A stretch of DNA of 8,338 bases from a virus (taxonomy: Duplodnaviria; Heunggongvirae; Uroviricota; Caudoviricetes), in IMG/VR virus record IMGVR_UViG_2671180846_000031, one strand, 5' to 3'. The translations under genes and the position numbers were made by a program. The notes under the pieces were generated by a model. That model did not search any database. It was given only the letters and a program-made list of their open reading frames with translations, and was not told the origin of the DNA. Within the stretch, counting starts at the first letter, position 1; each line of letters begins with the position of its first letter. Shown here in pieces: positions 1-6,732 of this stretch.

Positions 1-203
1 ACCGGCATTTCTCTGACTTCTCCGGTCTGCTTATCCACGCCAGCCTCAACATTGCGGGTGGAAAGATGATCCTGACCGGATGAAACGGATAACCCCATTG
101 CATCCAGACGGGTCTGAGACAATGGCCGGACACGGCAGCGGCAGTTCCAGCCATTGGGTGGGTAGTGTGTATTCCAGAACGGATCGTCATAGCGGAATAC
201 CAG
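1..203 (-). CDS. Head-morphogenesis protein, Mu F (gp30)-like, internal fragment running off the window start
   Basis: Minus-strand translation of 203->1 reads [67 protein letters not shown]. The PPxGWNCRC block is the motif I associate with the Mu F / SPP1 gp7 head-morphogenesis family, and portal followed by F is the Mu gene order. The fragment is cut off from the N-terminal part by N gaps. Confidence 0.55.
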   Translation of the reverse strand, partial: MVFRYDDPFWNTHYPPNGWNCRCRVRPLSQTRLDAMGLSVSSGQDHLSTRNVEAGVDKQTGEVREMP

Positions 204-253
204 NNNNNNNNNNNNNNNNNNNNNNNNNNNNNNNNNNNNNNNNNNNNNNNNNN
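204..253. other. Assembly gap or masked run (50 N)
   Basis: Exactly 50 consecutive N in the sequence. Confidence 0.95.
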
Positions 254-502
254 CGCTGTCCACCACAATCTGCTTTCCCCACCATCCCAGCTTTTGCAGG
301 CGGGGTGTCAGTGTGCGGATAAATGCTTTCTGTGAAATCCCCTCATCAACAGCACGCTGCACTTCCGCCTGTAGTGTGGTCAGTACGTCCAGGCGTGCCA
401 CTTTTGCCGCCGTGAATGAACGGGCATGAACATCTGCGTTTGTTTCGAACCAGTTCCAGCTGATATGCGCCCCTTTGGCGCGGAAGTATGCCACCGCCTC
501 TT
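254..502 (-). repeat. Second, ~97%-identical copy of the F-gene N-terminal coding segment (duplicate of 565..813), bounded by N gaps on both sides
   Basis: Direct comparison of 254-502 with 565-813 shows about 8 mismatches in 249 bp. On the minus strand both copies translate to the same F-like peptide (...AYFRAKGAHISWNWFET[N/D]ADVHARSFTAAKVARLDVLTTLQAEVQRA[V/I]DEGISQKAFIRTLTPRLQKLGWWGKQIVVDS...); six of the differences are synonymous. Confidence 0.8.
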
Positions 503-552
503 NNNNNNNNNNNNNNNNNNNNNNNNNNNNNNNNNNNNNNNNNNNNNNNNNN
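503..552. other. Assembly gap or masked run (50 N)
   Basis: Exactly 50 consecutive N in the sequence. Confidence 0.95.
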
Positions 553-857
553 GCGTTACCGGCGCTGTCCACCACAATCTGCTTTCCCCACCATCCCAGC
601 TTTTGCAGGCGGGGGGTCAGTGTGCGGATAAATGCTTTCTGTGAAATCCCCTCATCAATGGCCCGTTGCACTTCCGCCTGTAGTGTGGTCAGTACGTCCA
701 GGCGTGCCACTTTTGCCGCCGTGAACGAACGGGCATGAACATCCGCGTCTGTTTCGAACCAGTTCCAGCTGATATGCGCCCCTTTGGCGCGGAAGTATGC
801 CACCGCCTCTTTTGAGGGAAGGGTGGCGGCATAACCTAAATCAATCCCCTGTGCCAT
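553..857 (-). CDS. Head-morphogenesis protein, Mu F (gp30)-like, N-terminal part (truncated by the gap at 503-552)
   Basis: ATG at 857..855 with AAGGGG Shine-Dalgarno about 8 nt upstream; the start overlaps the portal 3' end by 17 nt. Translation: MAQGIDLGYAATLPSKEAVAYFRAKGAHISWNWFETDADVHARSFTAAKVARLDVLTTLQAEVQRAIDEGISQKAFIRTLTPRLQKLGWWGKQIVVDSAGNA, which resembles the N-termini of Mu F-like proteins as I recall them. This frame is absent from the ORF track because the gap truncates it. Confidence 0.6.
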
Positions 858-2443
858 CCAGCATCCCCTTCATTTCCGCAGCAAACATGGCATCACTGAG
901 CAGCGTCATCAGGCGGGAATCATCCATTTCACGGTAAAGGGCAGGCAGGTCTGCCAGTGCCTCCGCCAGCCCCCGCGTTCTGATGGCATCAATGACCGGC
1001 TCCAGTACCGGGTCGATGGCCTCCTGTAACCGGCGGGCAGGCACCGCATCCCCCATGTCGTCCAGTTCATCTCGGGGGCTGCTNNNNNNNNNNNNNNNNN
1101 NNNNNNNNNNNNNNNNNNNNNNNNNNNNNNNNNTCCTGTTTTTCCGGTGGCATCTCTTTGTCTGTCTGAGCAGGTTCATTGCCACTCTGACGGACACGGA
1201 AGATGGCTTCACCGGGGGCAGGCTGTGGAATACCGGTCTGCTCCCGTACCCAGGGATCAGGAATATCCATCCCCGTACTGAGCTGCATCACCGCACTGGT
1301 GATTTTGGTGATATCCCCCGGCTCTTTTGTCTGGAAACAGATACGCGGCAGGCGACGGATATCAATGGCGTGGGCGGTGTTCAGGGCATACAGCGGATAC
1401 ACCAGATCGCGGTTCAGCGTGGCGGCCAGCTGACGTAAATCAGAATCCCTGATTTCCCGGCGCACCTCGTTATGCACTTCACCCAGCGAACGTGCGCCCT
1501 TGTCTCCGGCTTCCGTGGTCAGCGTGCCGCCGAGGATAGCTTTGGAGATGGAACGCTCCCCCCACGAAATCATGGTTTCAAACGGATCGGCCTGACCGTT
1601 CGCTGCCGCCTGAAACTCCAGCGACATCCCGGCCGGGATGATCCCGCCTGTACGTCGCCCGATATCCATCACCGCCCGCATCAGGGCGCTTTTCTGCTCC
1701 GGCGTTGCCCCGGACGGGTATTTACCGACCTTCATCGGCAGGCCGTACACCTCCAGAAATTCAGCCAGATCGCGCACGGAATAGTTTTTGAAAATGAACG
1801 GCCAGATAAGCGTTCTGACAAGCCCCGTCGCACCACCGTAGCCGGTGCGTGAACGTGACTGATGCACTATCCAGCCAAAGGGCTGAAACGCCACCCCGGC
1901 ATGGCTGCCGTCACGCAGCCGCAGTTCGCTCAAATCATCCGGGTTAAGGCAGAAATGCCCGCTGTCACGCCAGCGGATGGCGCGGATGATGTGCATTTTA
2001 CCGAGCATCCCGTGCTCAATCTCCATGCAGGAATAGCCTTTCAGGATGGCATCGGTGGCATCAAACAGCATGGCATCAAACCAGTCGGCGGAATGCAGAT
2101 ATTCGTCGAGCATTTCCGCGTCCTTTTTCTCATTCGCGCTGGCGTTCGGGGGCGGCTCAATACTCCAGGGCACGCCCTGAATGGCAAGACGTCGCTTGCC
2201 CAGCTCTGCAAAAAGGTGGGTATCCTTTTCTTCAATGTCAGCGGCCAGATCGGACTGGGCAATCAGATCGCCACGTTCAGCCCCGCGAAGGCACTGTGCC
2301 GCCCGGTTCGGGGTGATACCCGAGGCCGGATGTTCAATATAACGGCTGGCAATCTGCGGAATATCCAGCGCGGCGCTCTGCATCTCCGGGTCAAAGGAGA
2401 AAGGTTTTCCGTCAAGATCAATTATACGTCCCACTACCAGCAC
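841..2443 (-). CDS. Phage portal protein, Mu gp29-like (DUF935-type), interrupted by the N gap at 1084-1133
   Basis: A 458-aa ORF (1067..2443) plus an 80-aa C-terminal continuation (841..1083, ending ...EMKGMLDGTGD). The frames differ only because the gap length is arbitrary. It lies between the large terminase and F as in Mu. The ORF-track start is GTG at 2443, overlapping the terL stop (TAG 2434-2436); the true start is uncertain (next in-frame ATG at 2383, without a good SD). Confidence 0.75.
1084..1133. other. Assembly gap or masked run (50 N) inside the portal gene
   Basis: Exactly 50 consecutive N in the sequence. Confidence 0.95.
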
Positions 2444-4098
2444 CCCCGATCAAATTCATGATATGCCTCATCGTCATCACGATAACCGCCCTCCATGGCC
2501 CGCGACCGCTCCGGCAGCGCCTGACAGGCTGATTCATCCAGGATGAAGCCCTCCATGTATGACGCCCGGTTTGCCATACAGAGCGCCACGGCAAAATCGC
2601 CATGGCGGCGGGCGTTCACAGCCGTTGCGTTCTGGTCCTTCGTACGCCCCTTGTCAATTTGCGGGATACCGTTCACCACCTTCACATGGCGCAAATCATC
2701 AAGCGTGGTCTGATGGCGGGCGACGAGGATATTCTGATCCTCAAACTCGGCCTTCAGTTTTGGCATCCACTCGCCGTACCACTTCGGCGATAACATCACG
2801 CAGTCGATGATGTCCGGGCCAAAGGCCAGCAGCGCGGCTTCGGCCAGATAGCCGCCGTTACCGGTGGCGTCGAACGCCGCACCGACCAGCGCCGGAACGC
2901 GGGTCAGGATGTACATCATCACCTGCTCCTGCTGGGCATACGGCAGGTTGCGCAGCTCCACGCGAAACACCTCGCGTTTTGCCAGGGATTCAGTGATTTC
3001 CAGCAGCACAAAGCAGGAGAGGTCACCGATGCGGGCAAAGTCTTCCCCGAAGCTGAAGCGGGAACGGGGATTTAACGCCTCTAAAAGCGGTTTTAAATGT
3101 TCTTCACACCAGGTTAAAACCTCCGATTCACGCAGCCATGCGGCACGGCTGATGAAGTCGTCCGGGGCTTCAAACGTCAGAATCGGGATGTCGCGGAGCA
3201 TCGCCATTTCAATAAGCGCGTGAGGAATATAGGCACCGCCGGATTTTTTCGGGATACAGCCGTATTCCTCGTCGGCATCCTCACGGGTCGGGGCGTTTTT
3301 GTAGAGATCATCACGCCACTTCTGCTCGCTTTCCGGTGACCATTCGCGGCCGGTGACATAACAGATACGACGGTACAGCCCGTCCGCAATGGCATCATCC
3401 AGGGTAATGCGGTGGACGCTGTAATCCTTGCGCCCCTCGCGGGCTTCCTGAATGTACTGATTAAACAGATTATCGACGCCGTTATGCGTGGAGATAATAC
3501 GCACGCGCGCGCCCCACATGGTGAGCGCCATTGCCGCCTTGAGAAGCTCATCCAGTGACTCGTGGAACGCGGCTTCATCAATCACCACATCCCCCTGAAG
3601 GCCGCGCAGGTTTGACGGACGGGAAGACAGTGCCTGAATTTTGAATCCACTGTTCGGAAAGCGGATCATGTAGGTCAGAATTTCTTCTTTTTTATCCCGA
3701 TCCCAGAAGGTCTGCTCATACACATCAGCATCTGCCAGCTGGTTAAAGGCACGGGAGAACAGTGCGCAGGCAGAAATATATTCCAGCGCCATCTCCTGCT
3801 TTGACCCCACATAAAACACATTGCGGCCACCACGCCGCTTAGGCTTTGCGGCGGTAATGACGTTACGCCCGGCTTCCGCCCAGGTAAGCCCGGTGCGGCG
3901 GGATTTTTCCGCGATGCAGACCTCGCTTTCATCCTCAAACCAGCGGGCCTGATAATCCAGAAATACCGGCATATCACCGGGCAAATCAAGGCTGTCCGGC
4001 ACATCCACGCCCAGCAGGGCTTTTTCACCGGCCAGATCAATTTTGCGGGTGGAGACGGTATTCGTCAGTAAGGGGGAGAGTTCTTCGGCGTTATTCAT
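2434..4098 (-). CDS. terL: Terminase large subunit (Mu gp28-like)
   Basis: A 554-aa ORF whose ATG (4098..4096) overlaps the stop of the upstream small-terminase gene (ATGA). It carries a P-loop-like segment (EKSRRTGLTWAEAG) and a Walker B-like GDVVIDEAAF, followed by an acidic C-terminal half consistent with a nuclease domain. Size and position between the gp27-like gene and the portal match a phage TerL. Confidence 0.85.
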   Translation of the reverse strand: MNNAEELSPLLTNTVSTRKIDLAGEKALLGVDVPDSLDLPGDMPVFLDYQARWFEDESEVCIAEKSRRTGLTWAEAGRNVITAAKPKRRGGRNVFYVGSKQEMALEYISACALFSRAFNQLADADVYEQTFWDRDKKEEILTYMIRFPNSGFKIQALSSRPSNLRGLQGDVVIDEAAFHESLDELLKAAMALTMWGARVRIISTHNGVDNLFNQYIQEAREGRKDYSVHRITLDDAIADGLYRRICYVTGREWSPESEQKWRDDLYKNAPTREDADEEYGCIPKKSGGAYIPHALIEMAMLRDIPILTFEAPDDFISRAAWLRESEVLTWCEEHLKPLLEALNPRSRFSFGEDFARIGDLSCFVLLEITESLAKREVFRVELRNLPYAQQEQVMMYILTRVPALVGAAFDATGNGGYLAEAALLAFGPDIIDCVMLSPKWYGEWMPKLKAEFEDQNILVARHQTTLDDLRHVKVVNGIPQIDKGRTKDQNATAVNARRHGDFAVALCMANRASYMEGFILDESACQALPERSRAMEGGYRDDDEAYHEFDRGCW

Positions 4099-4679
4099 CA
4101 GGCTTTACCCAACAGAATCCCCTTAATACGGGACTCAAGCTGTTCACTCATCCCGTCCACGCCGCGCAGCTCGTCGGTGACCGCGTTTGCCATCTCTTCA
4201 GCAAATGCGGCCCGGATTTCTTTTTCACGCTTAATGCTGCGCTCGGCAGCACTTTCCGCACGCTGTGCTGACAGGAGGATGTCTTTGATGAGGCGCATAT
4301 CCACGTCGCTGTCGCTGTTCAGAGATTCGGTCGCGGCACGCAGGCGGCGGTACATCAGGGCGCGGGACATTTCCAGAATCAGCGCTGTGGTTTCACCGGT
4401 TGGCTTGTCCCCCAGTTCGGCCATCATGGCTTTTGTCTGCTCGCGTAAATCACGCAGGTTACGGGCAATCAGCTCATTACGGGAGGCTTCCCGGCTGATG
4501 GCCGCCGGTGAAAGCTGCTGCTCTTCCGGCAGGCCCGCCTCACGGATCAGACGGTTGATTTCCTCGCGGATCTGGACCTGCGTCAGACGTTTTTCACGCA
4601 GCATTTCCAGCAGCGGCTTACGGATGCTGTCGGGGAGCAAATCCACCTTGCGCACGCGGCCACGCGTCGGCTTGTCCAT
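4098..4679 (-). CDS. Mu gp27-like protein (DUF3486-type), putative terminase small subunit
   Basis: A 193-aa ORF with ATG at 4679 and AAGGGGG SD about 7 nt upstream. The basic N-terminus (RGRVRKVDLLPDSIRKPLLEMLREKRLTQVQIREE) looks like a DNA-binding region, followed by a charged helical C-terminal half. It sits immediately upstream of terL and is translationally coupled to it. Confidence 0.65.
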   Translation of the reverse strand: MDKPTRGRVRKVDLLPDSIRKPLLEMLREKRLTQVQIREEINRLIREAGLPEEQQLSPAAISREASRNELIARNLRDLREQTKAMMAELGDKPTGETTALILEMSRALMYRRLRAATESLNSDSDVDMRLIKDILLSAQRAESAAERSIKREKEIRAAFAEEMANAVTDELRGVDGMSEQLESRIKGILLGKA

Positions 4680-4681
4680 CG

Positions 4682-4972
4682 CTACCCCCTTGCGCGTGGT
4701 TTCTTCACACCCGGAACGCAGGCCCGGCCTTCCGCCACATCCTGCCCACGACCGGTCAGTTCCGCGATGAAATAACCGTTAATCAGAACGCGTTTGCGCA
4801 CCAGTCCCTGCTCGGCAAGCCAGGCAATGTGGGTGTGAACGGTGTCGCGGGACACGCGGTGGCCGTAATCATCCAGACAGTCCTGGAGCACGGATTCACC
4901 CAGTTCACCGTTGTAATCTGCCAGCGACCGCAGAATGACCAGACGCTGATCTTCAGTAATGAAATCACTCAT
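4682..4972 (-). CDS. Small conserved phage protein, Mu gp26-positional equivalent; function unknown
   Basis: A 96-aa ORF whose ATG (4972..4970) overlaps the stop of the upstream gene (ATGA), with AAGGA upstream. It is soluble (no TM segment) with a basic C-terminal tail (GVKKPRARG). No family is confidently recognised from sequence alone. Confidence 0.5.
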   Translation of the reverse strand: MSDFITEDQRLVILRSLADYNGELGESVLQDCLDDYGHRVSRDTVHTHIAWLAEQGLVRKRVLINGYFIAELTGRGQDVAEGRACVPGVKKPRARG

Positions 4973-5277
4973 TGCGTTTTTTTCCTTACAGCCTGCTCCA
5001 GCAGCAGTTCGTTCTGATAGGAGACAGAGCGGAGCGTGGCGTTCGTGGTTTTCAGTTCACCCCGCAGGGTCACGATTTCCACATTCAGACGGTTGACCTC
5101 AGCTTCTGTCGGCAGTGACGACAGGCGGGTTTCCACCTTCTCAACGCGGTCGGAGAGTTTTTCAAAGGCCTCGCGGGGGACAAACGTTTTGCGCATCAGC
5201 GCCATGAATATCCCGCCAGCGGTTGCCGTCGCCGAAAGGATCGGCACAACATAATCTTTAACGATGCTGACCCACAT
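4969..5277 (-). CDS. Small type-II membrane protein, Mu gp25-like; candidate lysis-associated protein (possible releasin)
   Basis: A 102-aa ORF with GGAGG SD about 8 nt upstream of ATG 5277. It has a single N-terminal TM helix (VVPILSATATAGGIFMALM) followed by a coiled-coil-like segment (EKLSDRVEKVETRLSSLPTEAEVNRLNVEIVTLRGELK). Position after the spanins matches Mu gp25. Confidence 0.55.
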   Translation of the reverse strand: MWVSIVKDYVVPILSATATAGGIFMALMRKTFVPREAFEKLSDRVEKVETRLSSLPTEAEVNRLNVEIVTLRGELKTTNATLRSVSYQNELLLEQAVRKKTQ

Positions 5278-5485
5278 GACGGGCCTCCATGATGTTCTGG
5301 CAGTTCACACAACGGATGGCATCCGGCACAGCAACAAGACGTGCGGCGGGGATCTCTCCGCCACAGTCCGCGCAGACACGTCTGCCCGGAGCATCCATTG
5401 CCCGGCGCTTACGTGTCAGCCGGTTACAAAGGGCGCGTTCTGATCCCCGCTCCATCACAGCCTGAGCACGATCTGAATCATCCAT
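5258..5485 (-). CDS. TraR/DksA-family C4-type zinc-finger protein
   Basis: Contains C-x2-C-x17-C-x2-C (CADCGGEIPAARLVAVPDAIRCVNC), the DksA/TraR zinc-ribbon spacing. Preferred start is ATG 5485 with AAGGA SD, 10 nt after the o-spanin stop, giving about 75 aa (TraR-sized). The ORF track extends to an upstream in-frame ATG at 5551, which would overlap the o-spanin. Confidence 0.7.
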   Translation of the reverse strand: MDDSDRAQAVMERGSERALCNRLTRKRRAMDAPGRRVCADCGGEIPAARLVAVPDAIRCVNCQNIMEARHVGQHR

Positions 5486-5495
5486 ACCTTTTTCC

Positions 5496-5867
5496 TTACT
5501 TCGTCTTTCCTGCCGGAACAGCAGGCGTTCCGGCCATATCAGTAAATTCATGTTGTCGCCGCGCCTCCAGACGACGAATACTGGCCTTGTCCACGTTGCA
5601 GTTCTTGATCACCGCCAGCAGTTGCAGGTTGTAAGTGACCGATGCCCCAAACGTGAACGGCTCCGGCGCAGGAGGGACCAGGCAGTCAGCCAGCCATTCA
5701 GCGGGGATCGGCACCGGCTTCACAGGCACGTATTTCACAGACGGCCCGGCGCACCCGATCAGCCACATCATCAGGAACAGGGGCAGAGGCCGCAGGCACT
5801 GCCGCCAGCGACCGGCGGACAACGCTCTGCTGCCCCTCGCTGTGCTGAATGTTCTGTTGTTTTTCAT
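5496..5867 (-). CDS. o-spanin (Rz1-like outer-membrane lipoprotein), overlapped architecture
   Basis: Alternate-frame ORF that begins inside the i-spanin gene and runs 200 nt past its stop. It has a lipobox LIGC and a proline-rich mature region (AGPSVKYVPVKPVPIPAEWLADCLVPPAPEPF). Tentative start is ATG 5867 with GAGG SD, but that gives an unusually long pre-lipobox region, so the start is uncertain. Confidence 0.55.
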   Translation of the reverse strand: MKNNRTFSTARGSRALSAGRWRQCLRPLPLFLMMWLIGCAGPSVKYVPVKPVPIPAEWLADCLVPPAPEPFTFGASVTYNLQLLAVIKNCNVDKASIRRLEARRQHEFTDMAGTPAVPAGKTK

Positions 5868-6198
5868 TCGTGGCCGCCTCACTGATTTGTGAAATGAGTT
5901 GCAGGGTGTGCTGCTGATTTGCCAGCACCTGACGCGCCTCATCCCGCTCACGCACAAGCACCTGATTATTGTCTTCAAGGCGCTGCGTCTTCTGGTGCAT
6001 TCCCCATATAGCGGCAACCAGTACAGCGATAATCCCCAGCGCCGCCATGCACGCCCCGGCAATCAGGGCCGGTAAGGCATTATTCACCGCAGCCACAGGA
6101 CACCCCGTAACAGCAGTACCGCACACAGCAGCGCTATCATGAGCGGTCGCCAGAAGCGGTTCAGACTTTCGGCAAGTCGTAGCGACATAACCATTCAT
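5698..6198 (-). CDS. i-spanin (Rz-like inner-membrane spanin subunit)
   Basis: A hydrophobic TM segment (ALPALIAGACMAALGIIAVLVAAIWG) is followed by a long charged, Gln-rich helical domain (QKTQRLEDNNQVLVRERDEARQVLANQQHTLQLISQISEAATNEKQQ...) and a C-terminal Cys pair (RRAVCEIRAC). It is immediately downstream of the endolysin and contains the out-of-frame o-spanin. The start is ambiguous: ATG 6198 (overlaps lys by 38 nt), GTG 6096 or 6087, or ATG 6048; the ORF-track start at 6219 is a TTG. Confidence 0.55.
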   Translation of the reverse strand: MNGYVATTCRKSEPLLATAHDSAAVCGTAVTGCPVAAVNNALPALIAGACMAALGIIAVLVAAIWGMHQKTQRLEDNNQVLVRERDEARQVLANQQHTLQLISQISEAATNEKQQNIQHSEGQQSVVRRSLAAVPAASAPVPDDVADRVRRAVCEIRACEAGADPR

Positions 6199-6661
6199 CC
6201 GCCGAACGGCGGGCCTCAAGGCCGGGGAGTTTCACCCCCTTTGAATAAATCCAGCGGATATACTGCTTACAGGACGCGGGCATCTGCCCGGCATTGATCA
6301 GGCGCAGAAGCGTGGAGTTGCGGAAGTTCGTTTCACCGGCCCAGAAGATCCACGAAGCCAGCGCCACCGTCTGACCACGGGTAAGCGGCACCTGAACACG
6401 CCGATCAATGGCCGCAAAGGCCCATTTCATGTCCTTTTCCAGTAGTTCCAGGCATTCTTCATCTGTCAGGGTCATACCCGGTTTCACATCCGGGCCGGTA
6501 TGGCCGTAACAGATGGTGGGTGTACCGGTGGGATCGATATACGTGGAGTTTTCTTTCCCTTCCCAGTAACCGGTGTAATGCGTGGCAATCGTGAACGTCC
6601 CGGCACCGGCCAGAACAAGGGCAATCAGCTTTTTACGCAGTGGTGCGGGGAGTTTTGGCAT
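6161..6661 (-). CDS. lys: Endolysin, T4-type lysozyme (GH24) with N-terminal signal-anchor-release (SAR) domain
   Basis: A 166-aa ORF with ATG at 6661. The N-terminus MPKLPAPLRKKLIALVLAGAGTFTIATHY has basic residues then a weakly hydrophobic Gly/Ala-rich helix, typical of SAR endolysins. It is followed by YWEGKENSTYIDPTGTPTICYGHTG, which has the Glu...Asp...Thr catalytic spacing of T4-lysozyme-like enzymes. Mu Lys is a known SAR endolysin. Confidence 0.8.
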   Translation of the reverse strand: MPKLPAPLRKKLIALVLAGAGTFTIATHYTGYWEGKENSTYIDPTGTPTICYGHTGPDVKPGMTLTDEECLELLEKDMKWAFAAIDRRVQVPLTRGQTVALASWIFWAGETNFRNSTLLRLINAGQMPASCKQYIRWIYSKGVKLPGLEARRSADEWLCRYDLPKV

Positions 6662-6662
6662 T

Positions 6663-6700
6663 GTTACGCTGTCTCATGATGTTCTCTGAGTCAGCGTAAC
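6663..6700 (-). promoter_or_regulatory. Perfect 9-bp inverted repeat (GTTACGCTG ... 20 nt ... CAGCGTAAC) abutting the lys start codon; candidate regulatory site or translation-occluding hairpin
   Basis: Plus-strand 6663-6671 gttacgctg and 6692-6700 cagcgtaac are exact reverse complements. On the minus-strand mRNA the 3' arm covers positions -2 to -10 relative to the lys ATG, where an SD would sit. No T-tract follows, so it is not a terminator. Confidence 0.35.
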
Positions 6701-6732
6701 GGTGAAGGAGAGGCGGCAGGCTTTGCGGAATA

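Noticed and set aside
80-738. Plus-strand ORFs 80..322, 426..644 and 475..738, and minus-strand ORF 380..577
   Set aside because: They span N gaps or run antisense or out of frame to the F-like coding sequence; the true F reading frame on the minus strand explains this region.
254-813. The ~250-bp duplicated segment as a possible CRISPR, IS or structured repeat element
   Set aside because: There are only two copies and they are protein-coding (an F-gene segment), with mostly synonymous differences and N gaps around one copy. This points to a paralogous or allelic copy, possibly an assembly artifact, not a repeat array or mobile element.
983-1852. Plus-strand ORFs 983..1438, 1203..1433 and 1472..1852
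   Set aside because: All lie inside or antisense to the portal gene and two span the N gap; none has motifs or a convincing RBS.
1862-2461. 199-aa plus-strand ORF antisense to the portal gene
   Set aside because: It lies entirely inside the well-supported minus-strand portal gene. The translation is Arg/Gly/Ala-rich, as expected for an antisense frame in GC-rich coding DNA, with no recognisable motif.
2041-4040. Alternate-frame ORFs 2041..2262, 2418..2603, 3177..3581 and 3675..4040 (minus) and 2559..3223 (plus) within portal or terminase
   Set aside because: They are nested in or antisense to the long, motif-bearing terL and portal frames, and the translations are low-complexity (Arg/Pro/Ser-rich).
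4177-4770. 197-aa plus-strand ORF antisense to the gp27-like gene
   Set aside because: The translation is Ser/Arg-rich and low-complexity, and it fully overlaps a well-supported minus-strand gene; a typical shadow ORF.
5550-5892. Plus-strand ORFs 5341..5634, 5550..5885 and 5635..5892 opposite the spanin and TraR-like genes
   Set aside because: They are antisense to the spanin and TraR-like genes and give Arg/Pro/His-rich translations with no features.
6217-6219. ORF-track start of the i-spanin frame at 6219
   Set aside because: The codon is TTG, not ATG, and lies deep inside lys; ATG 6198 or a start nearer the TM segment is more plausible.
4969-6661. Search for a canonical holin (small ORF with 2-3 TM helices) in the lysis region
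   Set aside because: No such ORF is present; the only membrane proteins are the single-TM i-spanin and the gp25-like protein, and the SAR endolysin. Reported as a finding (holin-less cassette), not as a holin.
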